From NCBI RefSeq assembly GCF_006345805.1, contig NC_043005.1, positions 104,842,001 to 104,906,000 of the forward strand: a stretch of DNA of 64,000 nt. Direction: 5' to 3'. How positions within the stretch are numbered: position 1 is the first letter of the stretch; each line of letters starts with the position of its first letter. Below are positions 1 through 14,167 of the stretch, piece after piece. Source of the stretch: Octopus sinensis (Eukaryota). Both the position numbers and the translations under genes were made by a program. A model generated the notes under the pieces. The model ran no database searches and was not told where the DNA came from. It saw nothing but the letters and a program-made list of their open reading frames with translations.

Positions 1-685
1 GTGTATATATATATATATCTAGTCTTCCACTACCCTCCTATTTCTTTGTCTCGCTCTGCACTCACAGGTCATTCTTCGACACCCATCCCTTCTCCTCTCT
101 GATTCCTTCTTTCTCTCTCTTCTCTCTCTTTGTTGCGTTTGTCCCTCCTCTCTCTCTCTCTTCCTTTGCTTCTCTTTCTTTTCTTTTCCCTCTTCTCTGT
201 CACGTGACTGTTGGCCGAAATCTGCCTTTCAGCTCCTGACCCTCGTCGTGTTAACATCGTTGTTTTTCGTCCGCCGCTATAAAGGCTTCTTCCAATGCGC
301 CAGAGAAAAAATTTGTTCGCTTGTTATCAGTCGTAAGACACTTGTTGTTTTCACCGTTAATGCTTCTGTATTTCATGTTTCTGTATTCCATTATTGTTTT
401 TTGTTTTTTTTTATATCTGTCCCTTTTGCTGTCCTGGTGTTCGTATGCATTCGATCCTTCTTCCAGGAAATCTACGCTTCCAGCTTAGTTTTTCTAATGC
501 TCGTTGCTTAGTTTTTCTTGGAGGGCTGGCCGTGATCTAGTAATCTCAAGATTAATCAGCCGAAATTACTACGATGATCCGGTTCTTGACTGAAGACTGA
601 GGGTTTCGAGTGTCCTGTCCGTGTTTACTGTGTCGTCTTCTAGAGTTATACGTTCTTGTCCATGTTGTATTTTTCTAGATACCTT

Positions 686-727
<42 letters not shown>

Positions 728-755
728 TATCTATATATATATATACATATATATC

Positions 756-799
<44 letters not shown>

Positions 800-806
800 G
801 TGTGTG

Positions 807-838
<32 letters not shown>

Positions 839-867
839 GTGTGTGTGTGTGTGTGTGTGTGCGTGTG

Positions 868-902
<35 letters not shown>

Positions 903-1660
903 GTGTGTGTATATATATATATATCTAGTCTTCCACTACCCTCCTATTTCTTTGTCTCGCTCTGCACTCACAGGTCATTCTTCGACACCCATCCCTTCTC
1001 CTCTCTGATTCCTTCTTTCTCTCTCTTCTCTCTCTTTGTTGCGTTTGTCCCTCCTCTCTCTCTCTCTTCCTTTGCTTCTCTTTCTTTTCTTTTCCCTCTT
1101 CTCTGTCACGTGACTGTTGGCCGAAATCTGCCTTTCAGCTCCTGACCCTCGTCGTGTTAACATCGTTGTTTTTCGTCCGCCGCTATAAAGGCTTCTTCCA
1201 ATGCGCCAGAGAAAAAATTTGTTCGCTTGTTATCAGTCGTAAGACACTTGTTGTTTTCACCGTTAATGCTTCTGTATTTCATGTTTCTGTATTCCATTAT
1301 TGTTTTTTGTTTTTTTTTATATCTGTCCCTTTTGCTGTCCTGGTGTTCGTATGCATTCGATCCTTCTTCCAGGAAATCTACGCTTCCAGCTTAGTTTTTC
1401 TAATGCTCGTTGCTTAGTTTTTCTTGGAGGGCTGGCCGTGATCTAGTAATCTCAAGATTAATCAGCCGAAATTACTACGATGATCCGGTTCTTGACTGAA
1501 GACTGAGGGTTTCGAGTGTCCTGTCCGTGTTTACTGTGTCGTCTTCTAGAGTTATACGTTCTTGTCCATGTTGTATTTTTCTACATACCTTAACATATAT
1601 ATATATATAATATATATATATATATACATATATATCTATATATATATATACATATATATC

Positions 1661-1732
<72 letters not shown>
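1..1732. repeat. Near-identical 906-bp tandem duplication (CT-rich interspersed-repeat fragment plus (TA)n/(TG)n)
   Basis: 1-~690 recurs at 907-~1596. I saw one substitution (ctagatacc vs ctacatacc); only the microsatellite lengths differ otherwise. Confidence 0.95.
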
Positions 1733-1735
<3 letters not shown>

Positions 1736-1744
1736 GGAGGTGTG

Positions 1745-1890
1745 TGTCTATACGACGATCTTCCTCGCAGTTTCCATCCAGAGATTGAAGTAGAAACTAA
1801 AGTCACTTATCCTAGATATCACATTGCAGGGACGAACCCAAAACCACATACATGCGAAGGGAACTTCTTAACATCCGAACCACGCGTACG
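1745..1890 (-). mobile_element. Degenerate 5' part of tRNA-derived SINE family A
   Basis: The reverse complement resembles the family A head (gtggttttgggttcgtcc...gatggaaactg...gtcgtata) seen intact at 15793 and 57584. Confidence 0.55.
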
Positions 1891-2939
1891 TCGACAGAAT
1901 GGATTAATGGAAACTAAATAAAGACGAACTCTTAAAGATAAAAGAAAGTCTCTCTTTCTCTGAAAGATAGGATAATGAAAGGAGGGGGAGCGGTGTCCTT
2001 GACCTTTGCATGACCTTTAGACATAGGAGATCGATTTGGTTGATATTCAACTTGAACATCTCTAGGTCAATCTGTGCAGGAAATACGCGGGCCGGAACTG
2101 AATTGAAAAGTGTTGCAGTCTGGGACGGAAGAACTGGGTTAGTAGTGTTTAGTGCGGGTTCTGGAAGTTGAGGCACAGTAGGAGTGGCAGTGGAAGGGGA
2201 GATGGGTTTGTTAGTGGGATGTGGATAGAGAAAGTGTGCGGAGAGTTATTTTAAAAGAAGAGAGATTGTTGTTGTTGTTGTTGTGGGGGAGATGAACAGG
2301 GAATTGGTGAATTGGTGAACAGTGAATTGGTGAATGAGTCGTTATTCATAAATCAAATGGCCTGCTTTTCAGATGCTGTTTACGGTGTGTGAGTGTGTGT
2401 GTGTATGTGTGTGTGTGTGTGTGAGAGAGAGAGTGCGTGCGTTTGTGTGTGAGTGCATAGCAGCAGCACCGTCCTATATAGGTGAGTAATATTCTAGTGT
2501 GGTACCTTGCATGAGCTTTATAAAAGTTCAAAAGCAGTTCAGGGCCGAACATTCTATAAAAAGAGAGAGAAAGAGAGAGAGCGAGAGAGAGAGAGAGAGA
2601 GAGAAGGAAAGAGGGAGGGAGAGATTGACTGGTGAAGTAGCAGAAATCTAGAAATGAAAAGGAACACAAAATTAGAAAAAGATATGAGCTTCATTTAAAT
2701 TGCAATAATACTGAGAGTTTATAGGTAAAAAGCATAATTGGTTTCAATCTTTGCTATTCTTGTTATTATTACTGTGCTTTTTCTTGCTACTGTTTAGCCC
2801 AAGGCAAAACCTGACTAACTCTGGAGAAAGGCATGTCAAAGACTACATTGTCAAATGTAGTGTTATCGGAAAGAAATTTGGTTGCTATTTCTAGCAGCTC
2901 AAGCTCAATGAAGGGGATTCTCTTCACGAATCGCTGGTA

Positions 2940-3375
2940 CTTGTGATGGTGGTAGTGGTGTTGATGTGCAAGTGCTTATATGGTTGTTAATAGTGGTGGT
3001 GGTGGGGGGGGGCGGAGGTTGTTGTGGTGGTTGTTATTGGGGTGCCGGTGGAGATGGTGGTGATGGTGGTAGCAATAATTTGCGACGGTCGATGTGATAG
3101 CGGTGGTGATGTTGGTGAAGGTGGTGATGTTATGGTGATGATGGTGGAGATGGTTGTGCGAAGGAGTCAACTATGGTGGCTTTAGTAGTTGTAGTGGTAG
3201 TGGTGCTGGTGCTTATGGTGGCTGTTCTGTTGCTATTGTTGCTGTTGTTGTTGTCGTTGTTGTTGTAGCGGATGTAGCGGTTAATGGTGCTGAGGTGATT
3301 GCTATTGTTGTTGTTATTGATGCTACCGATGATGGTGGTAGGACTCTTGATTGTGTTTGTTCTTGTCGGTGGTAG
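2940..3375. repeat. Degenerate (GGT/GTT/GAT)n trinucleotide tract
   Basis: Direct inspection. It produces the poly-H/T/N/V ORFs in the track. Confidence 0.9.
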
Positions 3376-3783
3376 TGGCAGAAACGTTAGCACGCCGGGC
3401 GAAATGTGTATCCGTATTTCGTCTGTCGTTACGTTGTGAGTTCAAATTCCGCCGAGGTCGACTTTACCTTTCATCCTTTCGTGGTTAATAAATTAAGTAC
3501 CAGTTACGTACTGGGGTCGATGTAATCGACTTAATCCGTTTGTCTGCCCTTGTTTGTCTCCTCTGTGTTTAGCCCCTTGTAGGTGGTAAAGAAATAGATA
3601 TTACGTCTGCCGTTACGTTCTGAGTTCAAATTCCGCCGAGGTCGAATTTGCCTTTCATCCTTTCGGAGTCGATAAATTAAGTACCAGTTACGCACTGGGG
3701 TCGATATAATCGACTTGATCCGTTTGTCTGTCCTTTTTTGTTCTCTCTGTGTTTATCCCCTTGTGGGTAGTAAAGAAATAGGT
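3376..3783 (+). mobile_element. tRNA-derived SINE family B, one copy followed by a 5'-truncated tandem copy
   Basis: gcagaaacgttagcacgccgggcgaaatg...gagttcaaattcc (B box)...gcctttcatcctttc.gggtcgataaattaagtacc. Copies at 3376-3597 and 3603-3783, homologous to 21495-21727 and 59572-59803. Confidence 0.9.
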
Positions 3784-4777
3784 AGTGGCTGTGGTAAGGT
3801 TGATGGTGATGTTGGTGGGTATGCAGATGATAGTGATGGTGGTAGAATCCGTGGTAGTTGGGATGAAAGCTGTTGCGATTTTGCTGTCACTTGTTGTCGT
3901 CGTCGAAATTGTTGTTAGGCGAAATATATTTTTATCGTTGTAGTGTTTGTGCTGTTATTGTTATTGTTGGTGTTGTTGCGGGGGTAATGATGATTTTTGC
4001 TTTAATTAAAGTATTAGTGAGTAACATTTAACGCCTGCGTATAGTTTTAATACATCAGAACTGAAAGGTGCTCTCGTGATAACTCCTTGTAACTTAGAGG
4101 GCGAAAATCATGTGGCACTTCTTTAATTGTAGATTTTAACCCCTAATTTACATGGAGATTAAATAGAAGCAATTTTTGAATTTAAAAATTGTTATTATCA
4201 AAAATGAAAACACCTAACAATTGTTATTTTTACACTGTCTTTTGTTTTAACCCCGAGTCAGTTCTGATTTAGTAGGTATGTGAACAAAGGCATTTCAACC
4301 GTGACAATACTTTTTGTCCTGACTGCAGCGAACATCGGGTTCCATCATCGAAAGTGACCTTTTCTTAAGGGTGTGATTTGAGAGATAATCAGCTGTTATT
4401 TTTAGCAATTTCGTTGACCACATAAGAGTTTTATCGTTGTGTGTGTGTTTTACAGTAACTGGTTTAGATAAATTGTCAAATTAGTTTGATAATTGTCGCA
4501 GCTGATACAAAACACCGGGCTGAAAACTAATGATTTCTAATTTTGGCTCAGAGTCGCTGAAATAGGGGAATAGTTAGAAGTAGAGGCTATGATGTGCCCC
4601 GGTAAATTATGGTAGTTAAATTTCCCTCAAACCTCCTCACCCTACATTTGTTTTTCTTTTGCGTTCTCATTTTTTTATTGGGTCTACTTTTAGATTTTGT
4701 GTGCGAATGCTTATGAGTGCTTGATAAGATATGTATTTGAGAATATATATGCGTGTATATGTGTGTGTGTGCGTGCA

Positions 4778-4818
<41 letters not shown>

Positions 4819-4885
4819 ACCTGCGCACTCACATCGTATGTCAAGTTGTTAATAATATAAGGTGTTACAGAGAGAAAGTATTCTT

Positions 4886-5087
4886 TTCTACTCTGGGCAC
4901 AAGGCCTGAATTTTTAAGGGAGGGGGCCAGTCAATTAGATCGACCCCAGTACGCAATTGGTACTTAGTTTATCGACCCTGAAAGGGTGAAAGGCAAAGTC
5001 GACCTCGGCGGAATTTGAACTCAGAATGTAAAAACATACTGCTAAGCATTTCGCCTGGCGTGCTAACGATTCTGCCAGCTCGCCGCC
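4886..5087 (-). mobile_element. SINE family B copy (variant 3' tail)
   Basis: The reverse complement starts ggcggcgagctggcagaatcgttagcacgcc and has B box gagttcaaattcc and the same central domain. Confidence 0.9.
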
Positions 5088-6512
5088 TAAAAGAGAGACA
5101 GCATTGATGTGATGACAATGTTGTCTAATCCGGCGTTTTCTTCACCTGTCAACGGGTCACCATGGTTGGGGTGAAATTTTGATCGACTGGACCATGCTGA
5201 CCCATTGCATGTTGGTTCATATTCAGTCGATGAAAGGGACTCCAATACTTCATTCGTCCTTTATTCCTGAACGTAAGTCTTCCTCTAGTAGAAACATTGG
5301 TAGGCTGAAGTCGATCATGTGACCGCTGTTCCCGTCTCATTCATTGATTAATTAATTACTATCTAAGTTCTGTACCTGTATAACGTTTTACTCTAAAGCA
5401 GAAGTACATTGAGTTCTAAGAAGTGGTTATTAGTATCGCTTTTCCTAAGACCATTGTGAATGTGTGTGTGAAGACTGGCAACTAATAGAACGAAGATAAT
5501 ACGTACATACCTGCATGCATGCACGTTTGCGTGCATGTATGTATGTATGTATGTATGTATGTATGTATGTTTAAGGAGCAAAAAGGACCTTAGACAAAAG
5601 TAAAGGATATGAAAAGTAACCCCTACTAATCGAACAATGTCTAACACATGGACTGAATCCCTGTGACGTCACTACAGCAGGGAAACGAGCCAATTAGAAA
5701 CTGTCAAATTAGAATCTTGCAAGTGTGAAGAGCATTTGGGTCTGGATCTCTGAGTTGAAGATTTGAGAAACTTGGAAATGAGTCACCTTCACATATTTCA
5801 TCAAATGCAAATTCACTTTTAAATAATAACACACAATTTTGTTATGTATTACAGTCATACGTCCCACGATGGATGCGTCGCTTGATTCCTACAGGTTGAG
5901 ATACCACCTTTAGTTGTGACTGATATTTATTTCAAGCTCCATTCTCGGCTCTCACACTCTCCTCCTACCCTCTTCCTTCCCCTCATCATCCTGCTTTCGA
6001 AACTGTTTCTGCTGCAGTTAGCGAGTTGGACATTGCTTCTCTTTGTGTTTCTTGACTCGATCTGACTTCACCTGGTCCCTTAGATAAACATTTATCCAAA
6101 AGTTCTTTGAACACATTTATTTCTATTTTACATATTTCAGGCAGACGTAGATCTTTGAGGGTTTTTTGGCAAAGTGTTGAAAAGCCGTGGGTCCACGAAA
6201 GCTAAAATGTTACAGTACCAAGTTTGTATTTGTATGCGTTTCTCTATGTGTGTGTGTGTATGTGTGCATGTGTGTATTCGTGTATACGTGTGTGTGTGTA
6301 TAGATATATCTTAAGCTGCTGTTATATATATTGCTACAGTTATTTTTACATTTTACCGAATTTTTTTACAAATCTGAATTATTTAGATTGTTGCGTACCC
6401 TCCTCTCTTTTCATCATCTGCTCTCTCTCTCTCTCTCTCTCACTCTCTCTCTTTCACTTTCACTCTATCTATCTTTTCTCTCGCACTTCACTCTTTCTGT
6501 ATATATAGATAT

Positions 6513-6552
<40 letters not shown>

Positions 6553-7506
6553 GCACAACGCATACACACACACTCATACATACACTCGCACATAATGTTT
6601 GCGAGTATGTGTGTGTGTTTGTGCGTGTGTGCGTGTGCGTGTGTGCGTGTGCGCGTGAGTAAAAGTTTAAATGACAACAACGGGGTGGACTACAGAGTAC
6701 CCAATACTGAAAGAGTTAAGTAATCTACCGGCAATTGAATACTCCAGTTTTCACTAATCCGCTCTTCTTACGATTATGAAAGGGAAACGTAATATATAAC
6801 TTATTTTTTTAGAAACATAAAATTTTAACCTCTTTTTAATTAGTAAACAATGCCCTTACACAGAATTAATATTTTTTTTTCTCTAACCAGGGAGAGAAGA
6901 TAACCTACGGTGCACCTACTTCGTTCATTTTCTCAGCGAGATTAATATTGTATGTTTATCAAAAAATGATATACCGTAGATTATATTCCAAATTATCTGA
7001 AAAGATATGTGGAACTTTATAGTGCTTTGCTAATTAATTAATTAATATATGAGTGTGTGTATCTGTTTTCACGTGTGTGTATAATTATGGATGTGAGTGT
7101 GTATGTATGTATATATGCACACATGCGTGTCTGTATATATTATATATATGTAAAATGTTGGAAAGTAATTTCATTCGTAGTTTTGTCTGAAGAGCTTTCA
7201 AGTTTAATCATTAATAATTAAATGTCGAGACGGCAAAGTTAATGGACAATATATGTATACCCCACCCACCCATATATACACACATATACACGCATACGCA
7301 AGTACACGTACAGATAGACACGTACACATTCACACATGCATACACACATACATACACACAATCACACATATATTTTATATAGTTATACACACATCCAGAC
7401 AGACGAAGATAAACTATAAGAATAACATAGCAGCACATTTACCATACTGACGGATGGAAACTTGTGCCAGTATAACCAGCTATATGTGCATACATAAGCA
7501 CTAACG

Positions 7507-7541
<35 letters not shown>

Positions 7542-7758
7542 CTGTATTTATATGTGTGCGCATATAAGTGTACACATGATATTATGTGTATATTTATGAA
7601 CAACTACATACACACACATACACAGAAACTAAATACCTGCTTATATCTGTACTAAGAGATATAGGTTTGTGTGCGTGTGTGTATGTGTGTATAATTTATA
7701 TATATGTTTATGCACGCATGCATTCATACATGTATGTATGTATCTATCTATCTCTTTA

Positions 7759-7792
<34 letters not shown>

Positions 7793-7849
7793 CATACACA
7801 CATATAGATAGATAGAGAAGGGGAGAGACACACGCAGATAGATAGATAT

Positions 7850-7888
<39 letters not shown>

Positions 7889-7890
7889 CA

Positions 7891-7924
<34 letters not shown>

Positions 7925-7930
7925 CATACA

Positions 7931-7964
<34 letters not shown>

Positions 7965-8308
7965 CAAGCATGCACACATAAAAGAATAGAAAAGCACAAG
8001 AGTTAATGCAAGGAATTTCATAAGCTTACAGTTGTTTCGGCTATAAGGACCTCTGCACCGAGGTAGAGCAACTTCTTCATATAAGAATCGAGAGCAGATA
8101 ACGTCAGGGAATTCACACTTTCTCGCTGTTAAATCCAAGTACAACTGTGTACTATAAATATATCATAAATATATTTATTATCTACAACATTAACACGACA
8201 AATACAACTGGTTAGTTGTCCTGTTAGGAAAACAGAATCATGAAGTGCTTACGAGTGAGTGTGAATGAGGGTGCGTGTAAGAGATTGTGTGTGTTCGTCA
8301 GTATGTAC

Positions 8309-9325
<1,017 letters not shown>

Positions 9326-9585
9326 ATGTGTAGATGAATATATCATGTCTGTACAGACCCATTTTTGCGTATGTGGATGTAGGTTTCTGTAACAAATATA
9401 CAGACACAACGGGAAATTAATAATGGTCTTCTCCTTCTCTGTCTTGTTTATTCCCTGTGTCTCCACGCAGACACAAACACATATACACGCTCACACTCAT
9501 ACATTCACAAATGCATGCCATGCACGGTTACATGTGTGAGCGTGTGTGCATGTATTTATATATGTAGATACATATATATATGTAA

Positions 9586-9625
<40 letters not shown>

Positions 9626-10072
9626 CTATATATATATGTGTGTACGTGTGTATTTATATATATGCATACATACATATACATACACACACATTCACACACA
9701 CACACACACATACACACACGTACACACACACACACACATATATATATCAATGAGTTATGTAGATATTGTATTACCAATTGTTATAAAGAGCGTAAAGATT
9801 GCAGCAGAGATAATAAATAATGGATGACATGTCTCGGGTAACACCGGTCGTTAATGGACTCAAAACAAATGTTTGGCTCATTTTCAATCAGTCTACAAAA
9901 CAGAAAAGGAGTGAGGTTATAATGTGGTATTTATTCGCCTGCTTTGTGGTTGTTGTTGTTGTTGTTGTTAGAATTGTTATTGTCTTTAATGGTTTTTAAA
10001 AAGCCTTTGTCTGTAATATTGTTGAAGTAGCTAACCTAAAATTTCCTATATCACCACTGACCTAACTACCTT

Positions 10073-12226
10073 CCAACCAACTAAACGACCGACCGACCGA
10101 ACGACCGACCGACCGACCAACCAACCAACCAACCAACCAACCAACCAACCAACCAACCAACCAACTAACCAACCGACCAACCAGCCAACCAACCAACCAA
10201 CCGACCAACCAACCAACCGATCAACCAGTCAGTCAACCAACCGACCGACCGACCGACCAACAACCAACCAACCAACCAACCGACCAACCAACCAGCCAAC
10301 CAACCAAACAACCAACCAACCAACCAACCGACCAACCAGCCAACCAACTAACCAACCAACCAACCAACCGATCAAGCAACCAACCAACCAACCGATCAAC
10401 CAGTCAGTCAACCAACCGACCAACCGACCGACCGACCGACCGACCAACCAACCAACCAACCGACCAACCAACCAGCCAACCACCAACCAACCAAACGACC
10501 AACCAGCCAACCAACCAACCAACCAACCAACCAACCGATCAACCAACCAACCGACCAACCAACCAACCGACCAACCGACCGACCGACCGACCAACCAACC
10601 AACCAACCGACCAACCGACTGACCGACCAACCGACCGACCGACCAACCAGCCAACCAACCAACCAACCAACCAACCGACCAACCAACCAACCGATGAACC
10701 AGTCAGTCAACCAACCGACCAACCGACCGACCGACCACCGACCGACCGACCAACCAACAACCGACCAACCAGCCAGCCAACCAACCAACAACCAACCAAC
10801 CAACCGACCGACCGACCAACCAGCCAGCCAACCAACCAACCAACCAACCAACCAACCACCAACCAACCACCGACCAACCAGCCAACCAATCAACCAACCG
10901 ACCACCAACCAACCGATCAACCAGTCAGTCAACCAACCGACCAACCAACCAACCGCCAACCAACCAACCAACCAACTGACCGACCAACCGACCGACCGAC
11001 CAACCAGCCAACCACCAACCAACCGACCAACCAGCCACCAACCAACCAACCAACCGACCAACCAGCAACCAACCAACCAACCAACCAGCCACCAACCAAC
11101 CAACCAACCAACCAACCAACCAGCCAACCAACCAACCAACCACCAACCAACCGACCAACCAGCCAACCACCCAACCAACCAACCAACCGACCAACCAACC
11201 AACCGATGAACCAGTCAGTCAACCAACCGACCAACCGACCGACCGACCGACCAACCGACCGACAGACCAACCGACCAGCCAACCAGCCAACCAACCAACC
11301 AACCACCAACCGACCGACCGACCAACCAGCCAGCCAACCAACCAACCAACCAACCAACCAACCAACCAACTAACCAACCGACCAACCAGCCAACCAATCA
11401 ACCAACCGACCAACCAACCAACCAACCGATCAACCAGTCAGTCAACCAACCGACCAACCGACCGACCGACCAACCAACCAACCAACTGACCGACCAACCG
11501 ACCGACCGACCAACCAGCCAACCAACCAACCAACCAACCAACCAGCCAACCAACCAGCCAACCAACCGACCAACCAGCCAACCAACCAACCAACCAACCA
11601 ACCAGCCAACCAACCAACCAGCCAACCAACCAACCAACCAGCCAACCAACCAACCAATCAACCGACCGACCAACCGACCGACCGACCAACCAGCCAACCA
11701 ACCAACCAACGACCAACCGACCGACCGACCGACCAACCAGCCAACCAACCAACCAACCAGCCAGCCAACCAACCAACCAACCAACCAACCAGCCAACCAA
11801 CCAACCAACCGACCAACCAACCAACCGACCAACCATCCAGCCAAACAACCAACCAGCCAACCAACCAACCAGCCAACTAATCAACCAAACAGCCAACCAA
11901 CCAACCAACCGACCAACCGACCGACCGACCGACCAATCAACCAACCAACAAACCAACCAGCCAACCAACCAAGCAACCAACCAGCCAACTTACTGATCAA
12001 CCAACCAACCAACCAACCAACCAACAAACCAACTAACCAATCAGCCAACCAACCAGCCAACCAACCAACCGATCAACCGACCAACAATCCAACCAGGCAA
12101 CCAACCAACCGATCAACCGGCCAACCAGTCAACCAACCAATCAACCAACCAACCGACCAACCAGCCAGCCAACCAACAATCCAACCAGCCAACCAACCAA
12201 CCAACCAACCAACCAACCAACCGACC
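10073..12226. repeat. 2.15-kb compound (AACC/GACC/AGCC)n tetranucleotide array with higher-order structure
   Basis: Direct inspection. Landmark ccgat(c/g)aaccagtcagtc at 10217, 10392, 10691, 10913, 11203, 11426. Confidence 0.95.
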
Positions 12227-12232
12227 GGCCAT

Positions 12233-13586
12233 CGTGAATGGGTAAAGTGACAGTGCGAATATTTTGGGAGATGTGCAGGAAGTATGGGCTAGAATGTTCC
12301 AGCAAATGGTATGAGCACCTGTGTTTGCCAGTGGCAGAGAATGATCAGGTGTAACTCACGTGAATTATGCCAATCTACTCAAATAAGAAGCTGCAACATA
12401 ACAGAGCAGGAATCACTCTCTTACGAAAGGAGTCCAAAGAATGGACTTTCTGCACCTGCAGACTAGAATATTGTGAAGGCAGAGATTAGAAGCATCAACG
12501 CTACTGCACGGAAGTTGTGGTATGGACAAAAGAGGAACTGGTTAGCATGAACAGAAAAAAATAGGAAGATAATGGCTATGCATGGGTGACATCGTAATGA
12601 AAATAATGTGACAAGGCTTTACTTGCCTAGGAAGAGGACTGGTTTTGGAAAAGTGGATGGTGTTATGAAGGGGATCAAGTCCTTGCATATCTATCTGAGA
12701 AATAGGGATGAAAGAATGTTGCCAGTGGCACTGAGTGAAAAGGTGATCAGTGACAATGGTGAGATTGCCCAAGAGTATAAAATGAGGACTAATAGAAAAA
12801 AATACTAATCAACTGGAAAGAGAAAGTCATAGACAGATTTTTCCATCAACCATCAGATGAAACTGATGAAGAAATCTGGAGATGTTTAAACATGGATTTT
12901 TAAAGAAAGGGACAGAAGGGCTGATCCTTGCAGCTCAAGAACAAGCTTTACGAACCAGCTCAATCAAGTGCAGCATCATGACAGCAGTATCACCTTTGAG
13001 TAGCTTGTGTAAAAAATCATCTGAGATATATATATGCATGTAATTAGTGGATGCTCGAAACTATTTCAAAAGGATTACAAAAACTGCCATGACAAAGTGA
13101 CTCCGTGAGATGTGCAGGAAGCAAGGGCTAGAATGTCCCAACGAGTGGCATGAGCACCAGTGTTTGCCAGTGACAGAGAATGATCAGATGAAACTCACGT
13201 GATTTATGCCAATCTACTCAGGTAAGAAGCTGCAATATAACAGACCAGGTATCACTCTCTTACGAAAGAAACATCAGTGGACCTTCATCGATGTAGCTGC
13301 ACCTGCAGGCTAGAATATTGTGAAGCCAGAGAACGAGAAAGTCCAGAAGAACAAAGGCGTATCATTTGAAGTAAATTACCCTCATAGAGCTTCAAATGCG
13401 AGTTTGATATCTATCGTGATCAGTGCACTTCGGACCATCTCAAAGGTAGCAATATTCTGGCATGAAAAAGCTTCGAATACCAAATTCACAGGCTGTACAC
13501 AATTGACAGTACATGTGGTGAGGAAAGTGTGGCGTCTCAAAGGGCTGAGAAGGAGCTGAGACGTGACAAAGATAACTCAGAAAAAC
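12233..13586 (+). mobile_element. Decayed 3' part of an R4-clade (Dong-like) non-LTR retrotransposon with restriction-like endonuclease
   Basis: Translated motifs RLYLPRK (12614-12634), LKKGTEGLILAAQEQALRT (~12900-12955), a decayed CCHC knuckle (C..K...HVISGC), HDKV..EMCRK.GL, NRPGI (13239-13253) and IDVAAP. It contains stops and frameshifts and ends in (TAA)n. Confidence 0.85.
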
Positions 13587-13660
13587 GAATAATAATAATA
13601 ATGATAATAATAATAATAATAATGATAATAATAATAATAATGATAATAATAATAATAATG

Positions 13661-13712
<52 letters not shown>

Positions 13713-13730
13713 ATAATAATAATAATAATG

Positions 13731-13770
<40 letters not shown>

Positions 13771-13829
13771 TAATAATAATAATAATGATAATGATAATAA
13801 TAATAATAATGATAATAATAATAATAATG

Positions 13830-13862
<33 letters not shown>

Positions 13863-13970
13863 TAATAATAATGATAATAATAATAATAATGATAATAATA
13901 ATAATGATAATAATAATATAATAATAATAATAAAATAATAATAATGATAATAATAATAATAATAATAATA

Positions 13971-14009
<39 letters not shown>

Positions 14010-14085
14010 TAATAATGATGATAATAATAATAATAATAATATTAATAATAATAATAATAATAATAATGATGATGATGATGATTAT
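13587..14085. repeat. (AAT)n with interspersed ATG units, abutting the 3' end of the R4-like element
   Basis: Direct inspection. Confidence 0.97.
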
Positions 14086-14167
14086 ACCGGGACCCATATC
14101 ATGATTGATATTTTTAAGTGCTATAGGTAGAACGATGGTGGTAATGAGGCGACATAATGCAAGCACG

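Noticed and set aside
10694-11209. 171-aa PTNQ mucin-like ORF and the antisense WLVG ORFs
   Set aside because: Pure translation of (AACC)n; open in several frames; no splice or start context.
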